Of a stretch of DNA of 43,371 nucleotides, positions 40,101 through 43,371 are shown one piece after another. The notes beneath the pieces are model-generated. The model searched no databases, was not told where the DNA came from, and was given only the letters and a program-made list of their open reading frames with translations. The position numbers and the translations under genes are program-made. How positions within the stretch are numbered: position 1 is the stretch's first letter; every line of letters starts with the position of its first letter. This stretch comes from a virus (Duplodnaviria > Caudoviricetes): positions 1-43,371 of IMG/VR virus record IMGVR_UViG_3300017747_002445; one strand, 5' to 3'.

Positions 40101-41503
40101 TTACTGCTAATGGAACCATCGCGGTAACGGGCGCGGGTAACACAGGACAATATGTTCGAGGCGATGGTACTCTTGCAAACTTCCCTTCAACAGGTGGTGG
40201 AGGTGGACAGATATTCTACTTCAATGGCAACACATCGCAACCATCAATAGGCGGCAATGCTTACTACGAATTAGGTACAGCGGCAGGCACAGGCCCGGCG
40301 GCCAATTTCACAGCCAACACCACAGGCCCGATCGCTAGGTTTATAACTGATGTCAATTCACCAAACCACTTGGTCATTCCGTCGGGTGTATGGACGATTG
40401 ACGTTTACTTGAGCGAGGCGGGAGGTGGATCGAATAGTGCTGAGGTGGTTGCCAAACTTTATAAGTACGACGGTAGCGCGTTTACCTTAATAGCAACCTC
40501 ACCGCTTGAGCAGATAACAAACGGCAGCACTCCTGACTTGTATACGTTTGCTATCTCAGTGCCGAATACGACAACAACCGCTACCGATCGAATAGCTATT
40601 GAGTTTGATATTCAAAACACAAACGGCAAGACGGTTACTCTGTACACCGAGAGCGACAAGATTGGCGAGGTGCATTCGACTTACGCTATCGGAATCAGCT
40701 CGCTTAACGGCTTGACTGACAACACGCAAACCTTTGCCACAGGCACAGCCGGAACCGACTTTGGAATAAGTAGCACAGGAAGCGTACACACCTTCAACCT
40801 ACCTACTGCCAGCGCATCTAATCGTGGTGCGTTGAGCAGCGGGGATTGGACGACGTTTAATAATAAACAAGAAGCCATAACGGGTGCAGCTACTACGATA
40901 ACAACATCAAATTTAACCGCATCAAGGGTACTTGTGTCTAACACAAGCGGCAAGGTTGCGGTAAGTAGTTCGTTGGTGGGTCATAACCTAGCGACATTGA
41001 CCGATCCGTCTCAAACTAGTTACTTAAAAATAAATTCAGACAATACTGTTTCGGCTATTACGGCGGCTCAATTAAAGATTGATTTGGGTATAGTAACGAA
41101 CAGGGTGGTTTTGGCAAGTAACTTTACTACTACTGCTGCAAATACTTACCAAACAGTAACAGCATTTGAATTCCCCGTTACATCTGGAAAGACATATATC
41201 TTCCGTGTGGTTGCGGGTATAACCCAGACCGGGCAAGGAAACGTAAGTGTTACAGGGCCTACCGCTAGTGTGATTAGATATGGTTTTACTTTAGCCAACA
41301 CCGTTGATGCTAACGTAAGAAATAACCAGACAGCATACGACCTACCAGCGGCCAACAAAACCCTCATCAACGGTATGATGACGGGTGAAGGCTTGATAGC
41401 GGCTACTGCAACTGGAACGGTAAGCATCCGACTCAGGTCTGCCGCTACGGGAGGCGTTACGTTACTTGCGGGTTCAATCATCGAGTGGCAAGAAGTTTTA
41501 TAA
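34178..41503 (+). CDS. Long modular tail fibre protein (2441 aa)
   Basis: G/S/T-rich with recurrent fibre motifs: GTVTSVGL, FNNKQ, DGNKGDITVS, LTTKGDLYT...RLPVGTNGQVL, LSDV..LSNGQVLQYD. Confidence 0.88.
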   Translation: MNFIISNIQVNGNDTVSFLNTSGLVRTMSRILPTSPNFISYRYDTITISESNGESFSFPVYQIELIGTVAYTVLNFTDAPSTVEAKTVSIYNQLTTFVFQACCDCEGGGSGGGGCFSVFSLADGPVAPTGSFTLKNVTNPGSTVFPPGQIAQISISNFTFGSVQDLTNLFPAIPEGSWIFVYNVDDPSNFIILSITAYSASQLPNGFYDCVVIDSSGGFSSYNNKYCIDFSISGEIGSIPKWQQTLDSDSTLNKDNFIYADINATHTFSMNEFLNINFNTNEEFAGGSNAGLGISNYVRSNGTSDFIRLESYQTNAGPGTGLYVQVGSDQGGTPGIIIQTLNAKNSVAQPGDVLVYQGDGTVEYQTITTVGTVTSVGLVMPNAFTVTNSPIIDSGDLTVEGAGDATEYINGLGELATLPVYTANNGLNNTASPTVIQLGGTLLDDTAISTDGNTLSIEGSIGQSTSRPFTVFNLGTAGVANFFAYGNSSSSSVLISNEIENTYSPLTVRNKYDSTGNKTILTLSQESLSDPVNSTLSVDMNLSGSSARPSAARLTAGVSSAAAAPNFRSNFSIETVWNSSGPSAALSILSDGKMKFNAYTPGQFSSAYQSLLAVNSSGEVVTTTGSGFIVSITGTAPINVTSGVNPVISMPAATVGQDGYLTSVAYNLFNNKQNPITLTTTGTSGPATFVGSTLNIPQYVGNLVQAGSGLSESSSIISLGHPSQALALSSPLTQDSYIANNGFDFVVLGTKAEEILKVQNTLLNSNLGTGFSAVSNGGNAIVASQNFTGTITGSYTGKTAGVNSFSNVGFGVYAESRIYTCGYFELYNLVPIDFPALHAKKNTREKSNDYDEVLRIERAGPGDGNRTPGIGFGAVSTYWLRYGSSVANVSKAGSIGFSWISPTTQDSEFIVAPTTAGVENTRLKLKNTGQLQLTAYTPSAFPGTVASYLGVDSQGNVIQGPGGGGGGGGLTGAYNGLSVVSNSAVLGGPLTGLTLISSSGYGLQISGNVPSSQTASLYVQNTNTGTNPIAIRGDATGSVSSVGVFGSSDTGRGVTAISSSGTGIIATSLSGIGAVVTSNSIFAIQAETNNSSANTVQPIMWLNRNSSSAAQDNIGGSINFAIKTTSGSLGVSNLIVSKWTNATEASRTSQFEIHGVNSAVNPSAYFTLKGTGQAQFNQYTNSSLFNGTVSAYLAVDAQGNVIQTTGGTGGGSLASLSDVQLGTLSNGQVLQYDSISSKWVNASVSPLTDGNKGDITVSGGGATWTINNNTVTYSKLQAASSSSRIIGSPSTGTAYQELTVGNGLSISTAQIGLGGTMNTGQTTITHAASNLAFSGTGAVATGTGTVSSLVQIRNTSTASFSYGLEVLGGTRGTAYFETGNAGGTSAIDTGFAVYASNNTTHTNYPIIFESEKKKTFRILAGTANGSVGDEVFLIENQVSGAPSGGSTLLSLFSRPSSGAASSATQGISSIVFTGRDSASSTVAYRYSQIEAGSQNHLNASKAGYFDFKVIRTGGLNPTSTLKVNGTGQIQFAAYTSLSAFPGTSVASLGVDNAGNIITITGGPGSSPLTTKGDLYTFDTTNARLPVGTNGQVLLADSTAVTGLRWSTIGALTDGNKGDITVSGGGTTWTINNDAVTYDKIQNSSVGVGYSGSVLGSFLSGASYGPLDVANGLSVTTSGKLILGGTLESNASIVVPVSTGFQVQGEGVLVSVIGLYSTKGMVNIVDEGVLDIAKSALDLYSESNIGLTVGNSAMLPTLRVNKSGAFALSSVIENNYAISVVPNQWGVLFANNQANDVISSVRIQKGAFTGSIRPDGTNIPVSQYESLSSVFTNNALDILEINRNLYGDVFGGVPSDGYGASILYRLSPTTGGVTSTGVPVFRLTSFWQNTSSNVAAFTVSAKTSTSASSWENIFTVVNSGQVRLNAYTSSSAFPGTSVASLAVDSNGNIITLSGGGGLSSVGLSMPSAFTVANSPLTANGTIAVTGAGNTGQYVRGDGTLANFPSTGGGGGQIFYFNGNTSQPSIGGNAYYELGTAAGTGPAANFTANTTGPIARFITDVNSPNHLVIPSGVWTIDVYLSEAGGGSNSAEVVAKLYKYDGSAFTLIATSPLEQITNGSTPDLYTFAISVPNTTTTATDRIAIEFDIQNTNGKTVTLYTESDKIGEVHSTYAIGISSLNGLTDNTQTFATGTAGTDFGISSTGSVHTFNLPTASASNRGALSSGDWTTFNNKQEAITGAATTITTSNLTASRVLVSNTSGKVAVSSSLVGHNLATLTDPSQTSYLKINSDNTVSAITAAQLKIDLGIVTNRVVLASNFTTTAANTYQTVTAFEFPVTSGKTYIFRVVAGITQTGQGNVSVTGPTASVIRYGFTLANTVDANVRNNQTAYDLPAANKTLINGMMTGEGLIAATATGTVSIRLRSAATGGVTLLAGSIIEWQEVL

Positions 41504-41534
41504 ATAAGTACATATTAATTCAGGTTCAATAAGC

Positions 41535-41831
41535 ATGAAAACAATTCAATCAATCAATCTTTGGAAAGACGGAACATCACGAACCGCATCAATTCTTAAA
41601 ATGTTTATCAGCTACGACGACTTGAGTGAGCAAGCTGTAGTTCAGTACCAATTGCTCGAAGATTCATTCGTTGTTCTCGCTAGTGGCGCAATAACAATTG
41701 CTGGCCAAGACTATATCGATTGGGGTTCTACGGGTGATCCAAATGCGGAGATTTATGCCTATGGAGCAAACTCTTTGGGTTTAACGATTACTGGCGATTA
41801 CGTAGCTCCACAGGAAGAACAGCAACCATAA
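41535..41831 (+). CDS. Small fibre-associated protein (possible fibre chaperone or tip protein)
   Basis: 98 aa acidic protein directly after the fibre gene. Confidence 0.6.
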   Translation: MKTIQSINLWKDGTSRTASILKMFISYDDLSEQAVVQYQLLEDSFVVLASGAITIAGQDYIDWGSTGDPNAEIYAYGANSLGLTITGDYVAPQEEQQP

Positions 41832-41838
41832 AAGATTA

Positions 41839-41870
41839 GTTGTTATTAATCACACTGTGGTGTATATTTG
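41839..41870 (+). promoter_or_regulatory. Bacteroidota-type promoter
   Basis: GTTG(41839-41842)-N20-TATATTTG(41863-41870). Confidence 0.7.
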
Positions 41871-41887
41871 CATCAAACATTCAACTT

Positions 41888-42994
41888 ATGCAGGACATAA
41901 ATAAAACACTTCGATTACTGAACCTCCCATCAGAAATGGGAGCAATGAACGGTCAGATTAACAAGCGCACCGTTAAGACGCTTGTAGAGAATCGTATTCA
42001 CGATTTCACCAAGATGGTAAAGAACCCCACTACAGGGAAGATGGAAGCCACCAAGACCTCTACGTTTACTATTGAGACCACCATGTCTTTGTTCGGGGCA
42101 TACAGCCTGAACATGGCGGCGAACCACATCCATTGGGGTGGGTTTGACGTAGTGGATATGTCTGACGGAGCGTTCACCATGTACAGACCATCAAAAGAAA
42201 TCGACCTCCCTTACGAGGCTGACGCTTCTGGCAACATCGTGAAGCGTGAGACCCCGCTGAAAGGATGGGTTGGATGGGCTGAAATCCGTGTTATCCCTAC
42301 AGCAAAAGGTCATGACTATAACTTCTATTGGGAGCAGGGTGACAACGTAACTCGCACCGGCTTGCCTATTGAGCATGACGTTAATGTGATGACTCGTTCT
42401 ATTCTTCGTCGTGAATACATCAAGACAGCCACATTTGATGGTGTTGCTTCTAAGAAATTCAACAAGTCTTATCCAGTATACACCGTGGCTCAGTTGCTGG
42501 CAGCAACCGGAATGAACGAGCATCAACTCGCGGAGGCGTTCGGTCACGTATGGCACGTAGAACCAAAGAGCAGCGAGACACACTGCCTGAACATCGCCAG
42601 CGACATCATCATGGTTGATGACAACACCGTGAAGGGCGAGGCTTACATCAATGGTGTATTGTCTTCTGAGATCGACTACACAAGTCTTATCAGTTCATAT
42701 GGCAAGAACCTTCCTGACTTTGTTTGTCGCTATAAGTTGTACAACGAAAAGTTCACCAAGGCAGGAGACAACGTGTTTGGAACTGCTTGGTACAAGTACT
42801 TCGCTCCAGGCCAGGACACTTCTTTGAACATCGTATTGGGCGAAGAGGTTAACTACAACGAGGAAACCAATACATTGACTTACCCTGTGGATAGCAAGTT
42901 GGTATTCGACTTCGAGTTCCTTCCTGCTCAGGGTAAGAACGAGACTGTTGGTGCTTGCCTCGATCTTGACACAATGGAAAAATCTCTTTGGTAA
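41888..42994 (+). CDS. Hypothetical protein (368 aa)
   Basis: ATG 41888 follows the promoter. Beta-rich, no family recognised. Confidence 0.75.
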   Translation: MQDINKTLRLLNLPSEMGAMNGQINKRTVKTLVENRIHDFTKMVKNPTTGKMEATKTSTFTIETTMSLFGAYSLNMAANHIHWGGFDVVDMSDGAFTMYRPSKEIDLPYEADASGNIVKRETPLKGWVGWAEIRVIPTAKGHDYNFYWEQGDNVTRTGLPIEHDVNVMTRSILRREYIKTATFDGVASKKFNKSYPVYTVAQLLAATGMNEHQLAEAFGHVWHVEPKSSETHCLNIASDIIMVDDNTVKGEAYINGVLSSEIDYTSLISSYGKNLPDFVCRYKLYNEKFTKAGDNVFGTAWYKYFAPGQDTSLNIVLGEEVNYNEETNTLTYPVDSKLVFDFEFLPAQGKNETVGACLDLDTMEKSLW

Positions 42995-43371
42995 TGAAGA
43001 AGATTCTAAGAAAGTTGCAAATGTTTGATGGCGTCTGGTCTATACCAGTCGCCTTCTTTTTGTTTCTCCTTGCCGGATCCTACAGCGCGGAGTATTTTGG
43101 CGACGGACTCATCTCGATAGAGTACATACAGCAGGTGATTCTTGCTGCCCTTATCATGATTTTCGCTAACTTTGTGGTGTTCCTTGGTGGGTTCTTTAAC
43201 TTCCGTGGTTTACAGAACTACTTCTACTCGAAGAATGCCAAGTTGGACTTAGAATACTCATCCACGCCATGGCAAAGAATTACATTATACGTCTGTGTTT
43301 ACTTTGGGTTGTTCTTATGCTTCCTGTTCATACTGTGGCTGATAATGACGGCTACTGTGTCCGCGCCACTG
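42994..43371 (+). CDS. Multi-pass membrane protein, probable holin (3' truncated, not in the ORF track)
   Basis: TAATG coupling. 126 open codons MKKILRKLQMFDGVWSIPVAFFLFLL... with three hydrophobic segments. Confidence 0.7.
   Translation, partial: MKKILRKLQMFDGVWSIPVAFFLFLLAGSYSAEYFGDGLISIEYIQQVILAALIMIFANFVVFLGGFFNFRGLQNYFYSKNAKLDLEYSSTPWQRITLYVCVYFGLFLCFLFILWLIMTATVSAPL
43269..43371 (+). CDS. Overlapping ORF with a signal peptide, possible secreted endolysin (truncated)
   Basis: MAKNYIIRLCLLWVVLMLPVHTVA-DNDGYCVRAT in a different frame inside the holin-like gene. Confidence 0.5.
   Translation, partial: MAKNYIIRLCLLWVVLMLPVHTVADNDGYCVRAT

Noticed and set aside
1-43371. Stop-codon reassignment as in some crAss-like phages
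   Set aside because: Genes up to 7.4 kb are uninterrupted under code 11 and tile the window.
1-43371. CRISPR array, tRNA/rRNA genes, integrase, transposase, reverse transcriptase/DGR
   Set aside because: No repeat-spacer array, cloverleaf or matching motif seen, and no near-identical TR/VR pair in the fibre gene.

Overview
This window is the virion morphogenesis arm of a tailed dsDNA phage, very likely infecting Bacteroidota given its many TTG-N19/20-TAnnTTTG promoters and A-rich leaders. Gene order is crAss-like: GroES-like co-chaperonins, possible TerS, TerL, portal, scaffold-like protein, major capsid, cargo/hub proteins, three ring proteins, muzzle, four ejection-type proteins (two giant, with a ferritin gene between them), a small membrane protein, a 2441-aa modular tail fibre, and the start of a probable lysis cassette. 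The standard genetic code fits throughout, and I see no virion RNA polymerase motif. The least explained signals are: (i) the only two cysteines in about 3700 aa of the giant proteins sit at their facing termini, either side of the ferritin; (ii) a structured leader RNA at about 23-132 (-) with a 9-nt loop-to-terminator complementarity; (iii) two back-to-back promoter-to-terminator small RNAs at 33290-33512; (iv) a single-domain plus a tandem-domain GroES pair. All product calls come from motif reading and gene order, not database searches.
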